A DNA stretch of 64,000 nucleotides from Dicyema japonicum. Lineage: Eukaryota; Animalia; Dicyemida. Below, one piece after another: positions 11,360-24,900 of the stretch (the first letter of the stretch is position 1; each line of letters begins with the position of its first letter). The stretch spans positions 62,001 through 126,000 of the forward strand of contig RDEW01000022.1 of NCBI GenBank assembly GCA_011109175.1. Reading direction: 5' to 3'. The translations under genes and the position numbers were made by a program. The notes below the pieces were generated by a model that was given only the letters and a program-made list of their open reading frames with translations, was not told the DNA's origin and ran no database searches.

Positions 11360-11790
11360 AATGCACGAGTCTGCGCTATCTGGGAGTCAACTATGGACAC
11401 GCAGGAGATTACATGGACGACATAAGAGAGAGGAGTAAAAAAGCTTTCCAGTCGCTCCTGTGTATTTGAAAGTTACACGTTAGCTGTGACACCTAACTGT
11501 TCATCTTCAAGGGAGCTATTTTTCCTAGCCTACTTTATGGGTGCGAGGGGGTGGTTCTTCGCTCACAAGGGGGAGAAGATCTTATCCCTCCTAGAGAAGA
11601 CAAGGAGAGCTGCAAGTAAGCTCTTCTTAAACAAGAAACTGAGAGACTGTCTAAGAGATTACGAAGACAAGCTTTAGAACTGATTAACAGGATTGTGGAG
11701 GATCGGATCAATGGTTTCCTGAGGAGATCAAAGGTACAGGACACATATATATAAAACTGGGAGAAACGTTCTGAAAATTTTTTTAAAAAG
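11360..11790 (+). mobile_element. LINE RT C-terminal remnant
   Basis: SLRYLGVNY..IRERSKKAF motif; 11570-11780 recurs at 43370-43580. Confidence 0.55.
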
Positions 11791-12419
11791 GAGTAGGTTT
11801 CCATTAGTCAACAACTATCCAAAAAAAATCCCCAAGACTGCAGTTCTCTTAAGTTCGAGCATAAGAAGACTGCTGAGGAAGGCCAGGATCACCTGAATTT
11901 CTTTCATTCTGCCTACGACGGTGTTTTTTCAGGTTCATTAAATTTATATTCTATGTCTGCTTGATAAAATTCAATTTAAGAAATTTCGGTAGATTGGTCG
12001 TAAAATATATTAATGAAAATTCTGATAGGGTTAAGGGACCACTCGTCTACAGGTTAATTGTCACCAAATACGCCTATGAAAATAGAGACAACTCGTCTAA
12101 TGAGGATATATATATTTATTACGTCTTTTTCGAATTTTCTGTTATTTTTTCCCATAGCCGAGTTGTCCGTAAATTTTATCTAGAAGAATTCAGGGACAAC
12201 TGACCTAGAGAACTGTTACGATTTTGAAAAGTTTCACCAGCCTGGAGAGTACCAACTCCGCGAACCGGAAAGGCATTGAGCAAGGACCCCGAATTCTCTA
12301 CGGATGCTTCATTTAGAATTGTGCGGCGATGGTTATCTGCGGACTTTCCAAGTTTTTAACGGACCTTTTCACATTGGATTTCATCCCAGTTTCTTTGGGA
12401 GATATGGTCCTTCGAAACA

Positions 12420-12700
12420 TCAAGCTTGCAACCGTGTTAAGCAGAGTCCAGATTCAATCCAGGGCAGGATTGAGTCGGCCATGATATTAATTGAAGAATA
12501 TTAATCGTGTCTATAAATGACCTTGAACGTACCTTTCCGGATGATGAATGCGTCCGTATTGGGATCTCATCACAACTGCCGATGCAGAGACCAGACTGAC
12601 TTTTTGGCCTGCACTCACTCTCCTGCAGGACGAGTGCGTTCAAATCTCACAGACACATGACTTTAACGAATAGGTTAGGCTAGCTTTGGACGCTGCCGGA
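12420..12700 (-). mobile_element. Possible Tc1-like transposase remnant
   Basis: GKVRSRSFIDT and WPTQSCPGLN resemble the Tc1 G..N...Y and WP.QSPDLNPIE motifs; weak. Confidence 0.3.
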
Positions 12701-13849
12701 TATCATTCTATACTCGAACTAGTCGGCCTTCGCAGACTAGACGTAAAACGACCAGATCGAATAACCATCCTCCTTTGAAGTCGGAAAACCTTTTGTCGCC
12801 TGAATCAATACATTCGCCCTTGCAACCTACATCAGAGTGCCTCTGGGGTCTGCTCTACGTTGAGAAAGATAATAGGTCACGAGCAAAGTGAGCGGTACTA
12901 CCCAAGGATTTGGTTTTCCGGCCACGATTGAAACTTCTGGTTCCTACGATGCTGGAATTCCTGAGTCGTCTAAGAAATCGGATTTCTACATGAACAAGAG
13001 ATCTCTCTCGCCATCCTGCGAAGCAGTTAGAGCTGTATGATAAGTATCACCAAGTTTATTATGTTGGAGGAGTTAAATAGTAAGGGATTCTATTGATTCG
13101 GCCCTGTCTCTCTTGAAACTTTGAAGATTCTTGTTACCAAATCACTTTCGTTACTTCTGCCATCGGATTGTCGATAGCTGAAATAAAGAGATCACAGACA
13201 GAACTTTATGGTACTTGAACCTAAAAAATATTGGATACCAGGATTTAGACTTTGTTATATCACCAAAAGTTGTCATTAAATGATATTTTCTTACTTGGCG
13301 GATAAAAGCTTACATTTTTCTTTTTCTGTGTGAACACTCGTGTTGAGTCTGTCCAAATGTCATAACTACCAAAACAATCAGATTTGCTGTATTTGTATGA
13401 CATTGTTCATAGTATAGGTTAAAATTTAATTAACATGTAACTTATATCCACTTCGACGGTCGGAAGTAGACACACCCTTCCACCAATATTTGCCATTGTG
13501 AAAACTCCTGTTGAGTAGGAAAGGCGTTTCACGAGACAAGTAGAATGCTTGAAAGCTCTTAGGATTCGAATAAAAAACAGAGCATAGAGAAATCCTTCGA
13601 CCGTAACAATGTAGGAATCTAACCCCCAGTTAGTCGGGACCTGAGCGACTCACTAACAACTATGTTGATATATTTCAAAAACCAGAATTTTAAGTGAAAA
13701 AAACAAAAAAAACATAGAAAAAAATAAAGCAATTATTTTCACTCTTCTTTTATGTACGTAGGATATCCCATTCTCCTGATTTTCTTCTAGGACATATGCT
13801 TACAACTTTAAAATTTTGTTATACAAATTTAGTCATAGAGTAGATGTTT

Positions 13850-14050
13850 CCATAATTTTGATTTCCATCTTTGTCATTCTCATTATGATTGAATCTCCCA
13901 TGTTTATTTCTTCGTCGAATTTCTATTTTCTTTGAGTCGCTATCAAGCCCCAATAAATAATCTGATAGAACCTGGAGGAATGCACACTGCGATACCACAT
14001 CTTGAACTTCGTTCCGCGTTATTCCATAGATTTTTGAGTTTAGAATACTA
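13850..14050 (-). mobile_element. Possible integrase (Gypsy/Ginger-like) remnant
   Basis: KIYGITRNEVQDVVSQCAFLQ resembles the end of the integrase zinc finger (Y.GI.R..V...V..C..CQ). Confidence 0.35.
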
Positions 14051-16402
14051 TACAGCTTGTAGCAGCAAAAATGATTGAAATTGTGCTCAGCCTTATATAT
14101 TAATTATATATACAAAACTTTTATTATTTTCAGCTTCAGCTCGTTTTCGTCAATTGCAAAAAAAACCTTATTTGTTACTGCTAATCTGTATGTATGCGAA
14201 ATACAGGGGAGGATGGAAACGACTCATAGCGCATATCCAGAGATGCATGGCAAAAATAGAATCTCAAATTAGTTGACTTTTCTGGTTCCGCGGACATTGC
14301 TAATAATAATTTGTATGTATACGTTAAAATATCTGAAATTTAGAATTTTTGACGTGGAACGTATTTTGTGTCGTTCCTTTTTTTCAGTTTCGTCAAAAAG
14401 ATATTGAAAGCTGTAAGTTCCTGACTTTTTCGAGAATGTCTTGAAAGACTCAATACAACGTTCATCATTCTGGATCAATGGTTAATCCCCTACTCACAAA
14501 AGCTACAAGCCGTAGTCGCAGATCCGAATTCCTTCGGGTTTGTAATGAAGATGGAAACCCGCTTGGCCTGTCCTTCTCCAAAGCAAAAGAAAGTCGATTG
14601 GTTAAAAAGTTTTCCTCCACAATCGGATTCCTCTGCAGGGATGAGAGTAGGATCTTTCGCATGGTAGTCGGAATAATGGGAGACCCCAGACGTTGGATGG
14701 CTAGTTTAGTAGCGGGAACTGGGCTTACCTGACTGTCTGTGGTTTTTTCTGTCTTTTTCCCTCGGTAATCCTTGGGTTCTAAATAAATAAAGCCATACAA
14801 ATTATTATTAAAAAGCACTCCCAAGAAAACATAAAATTAGTTAAGTTTCTCTTGTGCCATATTCCTAATCATCCTCTCCGTCAGCCCCGACCATGATCCC
14901 CCGTTGCACACTAGTTCTCTTAGGTATTCTATGTTGTCAGCCATTTCCATTATATTATTAGATGCTGCCCACACTCTTTTATCACAGTGAATCAGGTCCT
15001 AATGGACTGTAAATCCGAGACCATAATGTCGGCAGGCCGATGAGAGGGTAAGAAGCTGGAATTTTCTAAACGGTTCTGTAAATTGTACGGTCATTTTTGT
15101 CTCTTGTAGACAGCAGACAGAGAAGTCGAATTTTGTTAGATCGCATACCAGTTAGTGTTTCTTGTAAGGTTGTTTAAGTCATCTGCAATTAAAAGATCCC
15201 AGAGTGAACGGAGAGGTCAGTAGAGAATACGAATTGAGGTGGTGACGACGCTTCTATTGCACTATGTCTTATTCGTATTCCTTAAGCCATACAAAACCCA
15301 TTATTTTTTTTAATTTTAGGGATATTTTCATTATTTAATTTTATTAATTATTATTTTTAACTGAAATATATATTTAAAAATATTATTATTACAATATAAA
15401 CGCTAGTGATCCGTCAGTTGCTTTACCCGCATACGAGCTTTGACAATTAATTTGACAGAATTCAAAATTAGTCTCAAACTGGAATAGTCACTGGCTTTCA
15501 CGAACATCATGGCTTTAATATGATGAGTTTAGAAGATTATTTATTTACCCCCAGACTATTCAAGTCATGCAATCTATTGACTAACAAAAAATTAACATGA
15601 ATCTATTGCGGCTCAGAAACTGAAGGTCGATCGTAGCAAGAGAATATATGACCTGTTTTGTGGTCGCCAAGAAAATATATACTTGTCTTATATTCTTTCT
15701 AAAGATCGATTACCACGGTGGAGATATATGACATAGAAAATCTTATGATTAGTCATGTTGCAGCCAGAAATCATCGTATAGTAAGCAAATCGCAATTTAA
15801 GTTCTTATAATGATGAAAGATTCTTATCACCACCTTCAGATTCAACGTCTGCGTCAGAATTTAGTATTTGGTTCTTCGGAGTTATATTTCCTCCTGAAAG
15901 CTGTTATTTAAGTGCACGACAGGTTCTCGATTGTGTGATACTTTAGATTCTTTAAAATTGTTGATGTGTACGACAAAAAGAAAACAAAGAATATTAGCAG
16001 TCAAATCAGTTAATAATGACACTCAATCTTCACCATCATAATTTCAACGTTATTAGCAACTCCAACACCATCAAGGTTGAGAGCTGTTAAACACTTTCTA
16101 TTTAGTAATTCCTGCTTACAATAATTACCCAATTCTCCATGCTGAATCCTTTACGATCTTTTGGTATCCTGGAAGAATCTCTGAGATCATCAGTAGATTC
16201 TATCGGAGTAGCTGTTTTAAGACCGAGCTGCTTTTCTATAATAAAGATTGTGTCCATGAAAGGATTTTTGGTTCTTTAGAGATACACTTGAAACTTGACT
16301 GTTGCCAATATTTTAATATATTTTTTAGCTTTGATACACAATTTTTTGAAATGACTGAAAAAATATTGTTTTTAAATGATTTGGTGTCAGATTGATTTTT
16401 TT

Positions 16403-17262
16403 GCTGAGTGGTTGACATCTCTATGATTATGTCTATGTCTATATCGTACTCTTAGTCTGTCTATTCTACCCCGGTTATAATTCCAACTTTCAACGTCAGA
16501 GGACTCACTTGGAATATTAAACAGGAGACCTTATGCATGGATTGGGGAGGAGACTAACATGGAGAAAACTGATAGAACGGATAGTGAAGAACACGGCATG
16601 TGCTGAGCCATAAGTATACATATGCTTATGGGTTACGAGGGAATGCATCAAACAAACTAGTGTCAGATTACATTTATTGGACTTTAATGCTAAAGCCATC
16701 TAAATATGTGATTTCCTGTATCTAAGCTGATTATATTCTACAGTTGAGTTCTCTTCCCTCACAATCTTCTTAACAGATTAAACCTTCCTTAATTATTTTA
16801 TAACGATGACAGTACGGCGCAGTGCAACGAGTGTTGTCAAAACGTCTTAGCTCGAATCTCGCTGCTGTAAATTCTGGCTGAAAGTTCAAAATGCTAAAAT
16901 ATTGATCAAATCTTACTAATTGAATGAATCAGAAAAATTATACATTAAATTTTATAACTTTTTTTTAAAGTAAAAGAGAATTTATTTTTTTAATTTTTAT
17001 AACTAATTTGAGTCACATGAAATTAACATCAAAGCTTAATATGGAAACTTAGTTAATGCACTCCATGTGCTACCCATAAGCATATGAATACTTATAGTTG
17101 TACTTTTTCCTTGCTCTTCATTGTCCGTTCTACCAGTTTTCTCCATGCAACTTTCCTCTTCGCACAGCTCCGCAATTCACCGAGGTCTTCCATGGGGTAG
17201 AATAGACAGACTGAGAGTACGATAAAATAGACATTATTAGAGAGGTGTCAACTACTCAACCA
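16403..17262. mobile_element. Foldback/MULE-like non-autonomous element with long imperfect inverted repeats
   Basis: Arms ~16403-16700 and ~17020-17262. Matching blocks: 16443-16472 vs 17194-17223 (29 of 30), catggagaaaactg at 16558 vs 17133-17147, ataagtat.catatgcttatgggt at ~16610-16633 vs 17072-17095. No TSD seen. Confidence 0.75.
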
Positions 17263-17658
17263 ACACAGTAAGTACATAATATTAACCAATAGAAAAGCTC
17301 CACCTGCCAAGAAACAGAGATTATGTTATTCCAAGGCGCTGAAAGAACCATCTTCAGTTACAAGGTTTCTGGGTCCCTTCGCGATTGTATTCCCAATTTC
17401 AATGACTCTTATCAATTCTTCCAACCGTTTAAGAGGTTTCAAAGAAGATTGGGACGAAACGGAAGGGATCTCCGAGAGCAGTGTAGTTTTTAACAGATTT
17501 AATGCAATACAATTTTCGTCAATAGCGGTTAACTCCTAAATGTTAGTTTCAGCCACAGCTCTAAGGATTGAAAACACATTTTCTCTGACAACTTGTAAGG
17601 AAATGCACTCAATAAGCCGACTCTTTCTCTCTTATCCTTTTTCCTCCTCGCGATCTTC

Positions 17659-19390
17659 TTATTATTATTATTTAACCCAAAAACACCAATAATTAATCTC
17701 GTTGAAATTAATTAGGTGATCCCGACGATTTTGAAGAGCTTTCTTAGCTTCTCCCGATGCTGGACTTTTGACCCAACACATTCACGGTATGGGCGGGGGA
17801 CAGTGTTCGTGAGAAAGCTAACTGGGGTGATGTGCTTCTGGAAACTTGATACAGGATAGTCTGTCGACGACAGGTCGTGCTGGAGGGTTAACGTCATCTT
17901 CCGAGTTTTTTATCCGAGGTAAATAGAATGATGGAGGATTTTTCGGGAGATATGTTTATCCGGTTTTGATGTAGCCAAATTTGAATTTGAAGCAAGACTT
18001 CTTGTACTTTTTTTGAAGCATTCGTGAGGTTTTTATCACGTGAAATAATGAGTAGGTCATCAGCATAGGCGAAAATTTTTGAGTCTTCCATAACTGGGTT
18101 GGGAATGTCGGAAAGGTATAAGTTGAATAGGGCAGGAGACAAAAGGAGCCTTGGGAAACTCCAATTGGAAGTTCTTGATACTGATCGAATTCCATCCAAG
18201 CATACACGCCCTCTCCTTCCGCTGAGGAAATTTGAAAGCCATAATTTTATGTTCGAGTTGATGGATAGTCTAAATATTTTTTGAGTGAGGATTTTTCTGG
18301 ATACAGAATCGAAGGCCGTTTGTAGGTCGAGACAGCATAAAACCGATTTTAGATGTGGTTTGCAGGAAAGCCTTCGAAAATGAACTGGTTCAATGAGGTA
18401 GGGTGTGTTGATGTAGATCGGTCTCTCCTGAAACCATGTTGGAGATGTGCAAGGGGAAGGGCGGGGTAAATGATGTGTAGAACGAGTTTTTCCAGGAGCT
18501 TCGAGGATGAGCATAATAGTGCAATGTGTCTGTACGAAGAAGGGTCGTTCTTTGGCCTTCCCGGCTTGAGAATTGGGCCTATGTTGGACTGTTTCCAAAT
18601 GTCTGGAATTTGGTTATGGTTTATTGAAACGTTAAAAATGTTCCGGAGCGCTTATATTCCAATTGGGCCGAGATGTTTGAGTAGAATAGCTGGAATCAGA
18701 TCAGGACCGCAGGAGAGGGAAGATTTTGTATTTTTGATTTCATTCCAAATATCGGAGTGTGATAAGCAATAGAATGAAGGAGACATTTTTGGCTTCGTGA
18801 ACGTAAAGGAATGGCTGGTTTTTAAGAATTTCTTGTGGCTGATTCCGACATAAAACTTCATTAGGTTGTTTAGTTCTTAGACATTTAGTTGGCCTGTGTT
18901 ATTGGATTTTGTATATGGTCCGAGCTTTATAATGGTCTTCCCACATGTAATGGGTAGATTTATGCTTGCATAGACCTCTGATTCTGATTTCCCATTCATT
19001 CCTTTGAGATGATTTCAACCTATATGCAATTCCGTCGTTGGGGCTCTTGATTTGGGGAAAGGTGGAAGATTCTTTTCTTGATGAGGGCTCTAGCATCTTG
19101 GGATAAATCGTTTTCTTCCCAATAAGATCACGTTTTTTAGGTATTTCATAGCTCCATCAATAGATTTGAATAAATTGCTGTCGAAGTATTGTAGCATTAT
19201 GTCTGTGAAAGTTGAATAATCTCTCCAGTTTGCGTTCTTATAGTTGAAGAATGACGTAGTTTTCTTCCTGGGAGGAATGGCTTTCTTGATTCTGATGATG
19301 ATCGGGTTGTGATCTGAGTTGAGGTCATAGTCGACAGACCATGAAATGGCATATATTATATTGTTGAAGAAATATGAATCCTGAAGCGGA
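17659..19390 (-). mobile_element. 5'-truncated APE-type LINE (family A): end of EN, RT, (TAA)n tail
   Basis: SDHNPII (EN end), SCGPDLIP, DLQTAFDSV, SPALFNLY, FAYADDL; 3' ggatcacctaatt motif and taataataataa tail. Frameshifts and an internal deletion after RT. Confidence 0.9.
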
Positions 19391-19676
19391 GAGTCTAATT
19401 AATTAATTTCACTAATTTGTTAACATTGTTTTTGTTTGAATAAATTTGTGCTTGGAGTATAAAAAATTGACGGTGAACTGCATGTGAAAAAAAATATAAA
19501 ATAAGGGAAAATTCTCGTTATGAAGCATTACTGCTTGATTAGAAGTTACAGAAATAGTTGAATATCCATTATTTTGATAACAGCCAGATTGAAATCAAAA
19601 ACAACAAAATCGAATTAATATATATCTGCAGCACAAGAACTTATGTTAATTGCATATGATGTGTTATAATTATTGG

Positions 19677-20730
19677 TTATTATTATTACCTCCAGGATCA
19701 CTGGGTCAAAGAAAAGAAATAAAAGATTCTTAACTAACTAAGTGATCCCAGACCGACAAGGGAGAGGACGATACCGGTGGTGTCGAGAATCCTGAACAGA
19801 TCTTCTCATTGGACATGGCAACGGCCCAAAATTTCTGTATGATTTTAGATATTTCGATAGTGTATGGAATAGAGAACATATTTGTAATCTAGCCTCCTTT
19901 AAGAGTTTACGTTGTAACTTGATTAAAAGATTTTTAATGGGCTGGATTTTGTGATTTGGTCTAATTAACCTTATTGCAGTCTCCTAGATTGCGGATAGTT
20001 TCAATGAGGAGGATCGTGAAATCTACATTGCCCACGAGAACTTGAATAAGGAATCGTTGGTCGGATAAATTGTTTCATAAATCGTGCCAAGGGTACCAGT
20101 TCGTCTCTAAGTGTTTTGCGAGCATTTATAATTCTCATTTTCTTCAGAAAGTTACTATGTTCTCAACATGTGGGATAAAGGTGAGTCCTTGGTCAATTGT
20201 GATTCCCAGAATCTTCGGTGTTTTGTTAATATGAATAGCCTCGTTCTTCATAAAGTTATTTGGTTTGACATAGAGCTGTCTTTTGTGAGTGGAAAACAGC
20301 GAGACAGAGGACATTGTTGCTGATGTGTCGAGTCTCCGCTTCGAGAGCCATAGTTCCAGCTTGTCAAGCATTTGTTGAGCTGACTGAGTTGCTGGTTGAA
20401 TGCTTCTGTCATTGGAGGCAAAAATAAAATCGTCGGCATAGGAGAGGATTAGACAGTTTTCATTACAGGATTGTGGCATGTCGTTTACGTAGAGATTAAA
20501 GAGTTGGTGTGATATTGGGAAGCATTAGGGACTCTATTTAGGAAGTTTGCAAGATCTTGATTTTATGTTGTTGCAGAGTACTTGTGCTCATTTTCCATTT
20601 AAGAAGTTTCCAAGCCAAATTTTCAAGTTCGGATAGATGTTGGTTTCAAATATTTTCGTTGTAAGGAGTTTCCTAAGGACTGAGTCAAACGCTATTATGA
20701 TGTCCAAGGATATAAATACTGTCATCTGAT
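19677..20730 (-). mobile_element. 5'-truncated LINE (family A), RT to 3' tail
   Basis: AFDSV, SYADDF, KILGITIDQGLTF; ends cccagtgatcctggagg followed by (TAA)n. Confidence 0.9.
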
Positions 20731-20964
20731 GGGGTTTGGGGGAGTTAAATCCTACCGCAATGAATTGTGTGTAAGTTGTGAGGTATGTGTTGTCGAATGT
20801 TTACCCGTAATCAGTGATGGGTCGAAAGTATTGAGATTGAGTCTTGTACTTTTTCTAGATCAAGCCTTTCAAGGACGCCCAAGCCATGCTTCGATTATTA
20901 GCGAATGGGAATATCGTCATCACTTCGGGCGTTGCCATCGCAAAGGAAGAAAATGGTTAAATTA

Positions 20965-21720
20965 CTTCAACGGTTGACTAATTTTACTGTCAAAGAGAAA
21001 TGACCTATTTTTACTTTCAAGTAGAAAAGAACATCGGAGTTAAATATCTTTTAGTCCTGATAGATCAATCTGTAGCCAAAATCGCACAAAAAATTATTTT
21101 GTAATCAAACGATTACCTTATTCGATTTTAATATTTCACATCAAATCAATTCAGGAGAGCAAATGACTATAATTCGTTACAAAAAAAATGTCATCTATTT
21201 GATTCTAAAGAAGGCAAAAAAATCTCTATTATGCACATGCTAACTAGTTCATACTGCTTTGTATTAACTTCACGTCTAATCCTGTAAAATTAGACCAATT
21301 AAATTACTCTACAGTACTCTTGTCTAAGAAAAAATAATTTCATTTACCCTGCAGTACTCTTGTATGAAAAACAATTAAATATCATTATCTCAAACCAAAA
21401 TCCAGGTCATCCGCATATCTTAATTCCTAGATAAAAGTAGGACAATTTTTAGCTCTCGGATTACGAAGAGCAGCTACCAGATAAACAACAAAAGAATTGT
21501 TATTATGAGTCACTTTCTGAAGTGTCAATGTGCGAAGCTTCTCTTCAGATTCACTTAAATTTTGATTTTTGCGCAATTTGACCTGTAATTAAACATTATT
21601 CAAAAGGTATTAATCTTTTTGACACAATTTTAAACATTTTGATGAACTTATTAGACATTGTGACAAAGTTATTAGACATTTTTGACAAATTTATTAAATT
21701 TTATGGTAAAGTTATTAAAC
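20965..21720 (-). pseudogene. Unidentified micro-intron gene fragment (gene X), copy 1
   Basis: Aligns by eye over ~750 bp with 57090-57850 in inverted orientation. Contains GT-AG segments of 24-40 nt between open stretches. Confidence 0.4.
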
Positions 21721-21949
21721 AGATTGGAAAACCATGTTAATTGTGTAATTTAATTAAAATATTTTTTAATTTTATTTATATAATCCAATACTTCATTTAA
21801 TAAAATTATTAATTATTACGACTGTAATTAATGTAATAATTTTTATTTCTTGTGGTAATCGTATATTCATTATTTTTGTATTTAATCTCATAGATGTTCA
21901 CTTTTCTCGTGTTAAACTTGTCATTCGATATTTTGACATCACAGCATAT

Positions 21950-22860
21950 TTGCAAACGAATTAACCGAGAAATTCTGTATTAAATTTAAATTATTATGAT
22001 ATTGGTATGATTGTACATATTCGATAACTGACCTACCTGATTTTAAAATATTATTAATTCAAAATATTAAATTTGAACCTGATGTCCTTTTCATTATGGG
22101 AATGAAGTTAGAGAATTGTATTATTATTAATTATTCATAGTCATGTTGAGATCAAAGTTTAAAATCTGTAGACAACCAAACATTCCCCCTACTATTAATG
22201 TTATATATATTTTTAAATTTATAGAGATTTTGCTAATTGTAATTCCCTCAAATTCATATCGATGGAATTTGCGGAAAATTTGTCATTACTTAATATATGT
22301 ATTTTTTGTAATTAATGTAGTCTTTCCTAGGAATAAATGTTATTCAAACTTTTAAAATTATTTCCAACTTGTTTAATTAATGTATTTTTAATAATAATAT
22401 AGTCTTATCGTTTGCATTGATCCATTCGATATTCCAGAGGCGTATGATATTATATTTAGTATAGATATGAGAGATCTAATATATTAATCTCAGAATAATA
22501 AATTGTATATGTTCGAAATAATATATTTAGAGAACAAAGGCCGACATATGAATCACGTAATTAATAACGTTATTTTAGTCTGCAGTGCCATTAAAACAAG
22601 TATAATGTACTTGGAACTTGCGGAGTTAATAACATTTAACTAACTTAATCGGTTTTTTCTGGATAAAATTGGTGTTAATTAATTCAAATTTATTATGATT
22701 TAATTAATATCCTGGTTGGACAACTGAATCACAAAGCTATACTCTTGTCTCTAAAGAATAATTTACTTTCAAAAAACATGAGAGAAGAATCGACTTTGAC
22801 AGGTGTTAAAGAACGGACGGTTTTCCTCAGATTTATGCAGACCGATGTAAGCATTATCCT
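21950..22860 (+). pseudogene. Decayed SET-domain methyltransferase gene, copy A
   Basis: CNSL (pre-SET-like), RHMNH|SC across a 22-nt intron (22557-22578, off by one base), KYNVLG, IGFF, and a degraded post-SET-like remnant. Aligns with 53480-54350. Confidence 0.5.
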
Positions 22861-23142
22861 AATTAATCATATGAGGAGTAAACTACTAGCTTTACTCACA
22901 CGATTACTCTCATTATAAAGAGGAATATGTTCAAACAGTTGAGAACGATGATGGGACCATTGACTCTATAAAAACATCTTCATTTTACTGAATACAGCAA
23001 TGTAAACCAAAATGGAGCCATATAATAAAATATTTTGATTAGCATAGTTTATGCAACTCTTTTTGAAAAATTCCGAATCTGATCAAAACACTCCCGAAAA
23101 CGAGGACGTTTATCTTCCCTACCCATAAAGAACACAGTAAAA

Positions 23143-23658
23143 CGAAACACAAAATTAATAAAAACCAACCATACCCCCTTTTTAGAACACCAATTGGGTA
23201 ACCCGTATCAAATACTCCAAAACAACACCAAACAGAACTGGATACTTCTCCACAATCTTACAGGTACACAGCGACAGCTTGAATCACACCATGTTTAACT
23301 TGAGAATGAAATGCACACAACATCTACGCCACGAGCTCCAGCACCCAATTGAAGGTCCGTCTTACACGAACTGAATCTGCAAATCGTAATAAAGTATAGT
23401 TCGGAATGTATTTAAGCAGGGAAGTCCTCAGAGAGATGATCTTTGAGAAGTTCTTTTGAATAATTAACTCCAGGTTGTTCCGTTCACTCAAATCCTTTAA
23501 ATCCAGTATAAAAAAGACTCTCTTGGGGCTAGTCACGAAGAAATTAAGGCTAGTCAAGAAGGAAGCTAATAATTCTACATTCTACCTAACATAGTTTCAC
23601 TAGTGATTGTGCAGGTTTCAATTATTTTCCAAAGTGTCGTTAAAACAAAAGTGGCCAT
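23143..23658. repeat. Dispersed repeat Y, probable DNA transposon end fragment
   Basis: Near-identical inverted copy at 52486-52998; both stop at the same terminus gtcgttaaaacaaaagtggc. Confidence 0.75.
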
Positions 23659-23949
23659 TTTTTACGCAACTAGTTGATTACTTTTGTTTTTCTTTCTCGG
23701 TGATCCAGTGGTTAATAAATAAATATCCTTGTGATTGGTGCCATGTGGATACCTGATTGAGAATTTTTCTTCCTTCCATTTGGTGACGTAATTCGATCCA
23801 CTTAACTCAGGAGACGCCGAATGTCTGGCCTGTATTCAAAAGATCTATCTATTCATTCCACAGGGATAAATTTCGGTCCCTGGCGACGACTTCTGGAATC
23901 AACTTAGCTCGCCAGGAAACCACTCTCAACATAATAAATAATATTCGCA

Positions 23950-24250
23950 CTTTTGGAGGAGCCATATCAGCTATCGCTCCCACAGGCAGAACACACACTT
24001 CATTTTAAGCAACGAACAGTTATAATAGCAATCGATGGAGGATCAAGGAGTGCTTTTCAGTTTTTTTTCTTTTTCTTGGGTGTATGTCCTTTATAGACGA
24101 TTTGGATCCGCAGTGAAGTTCACTGATAAAGGCGTCACTCGTCAAGCCAAAGCATATTGATGTGTGGAACCTTCAATCGACATGTGCAGTATCGACATTC
24201 GAACTAGCTATTATCAGGCCTCATTTGCGGGCAACCGTCTCGACATAATG
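23950..24250 (-). mobile_element. tRNA-derived SINE (family C), near full length
   Basis: B-box gttcgaat, conserved body gaaggttccac..gacgagtgacgcc and a matching 3' region. Confidence 0.7.
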
Positions 24251-24900
24251 TGAAATAAAATGAAAATTCCAAAAATCTCGATAAACCATACAAACTACCC
24301 ACGTGATCTTTACCTCATCTTTCACCAATGTTCATTCCTCGAGTTCACATAAAGACAATTAGGAAGCAGAACTTGATGCTTTCGGATGTCAATGGTTGGA
24401 TAGCGATTGGTTTAATACTTGTTCCTCCAAATTGTGAATCTCTTTTAGACGATCCTGTTCAATGTCAATCCAAATCATGGAACCTTCAGCCTGAATGTTC
24501 ATCAAGGAGGTTTGACCAGGGACAATCAGGCCTTTCCCCATCACTGATGACAATACGCCATCCCGACATATAAATACGACAGTCATTTAGTTCATAATTT
24601 CGCGTATCCGATTGGAATTAAAGTCATAGCATTCTGTAGGGTCACCCTCGGTCGAGAACGGAAACGCGGAGCGTCAGAACAAAGTAGTTTTCCATCGCCA
24701 CGTTAGCGGGGGTCCCCAGGTCCTGATGAATCAATGTTTAAAATACATGATAATTAAATTACTCGAAAATTCAGTCATTTATTGAATTTCTTGAAAATTT
24801 GTTTTTTACAAAATTTTGATTAATTTGAATTTTTCTCCCTAAGTTAGTGCAACAGAATTATAGCTAAAATACCAATTCTCAAATGTCTCTGATAATGAAA

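Noticed and set aside
14269-14824. Gypsy RNase H remnant (RLVAFVSRGLT)
   Set aside because: One weak motif, and the neighbouring candidate motifs are in the wrong order.
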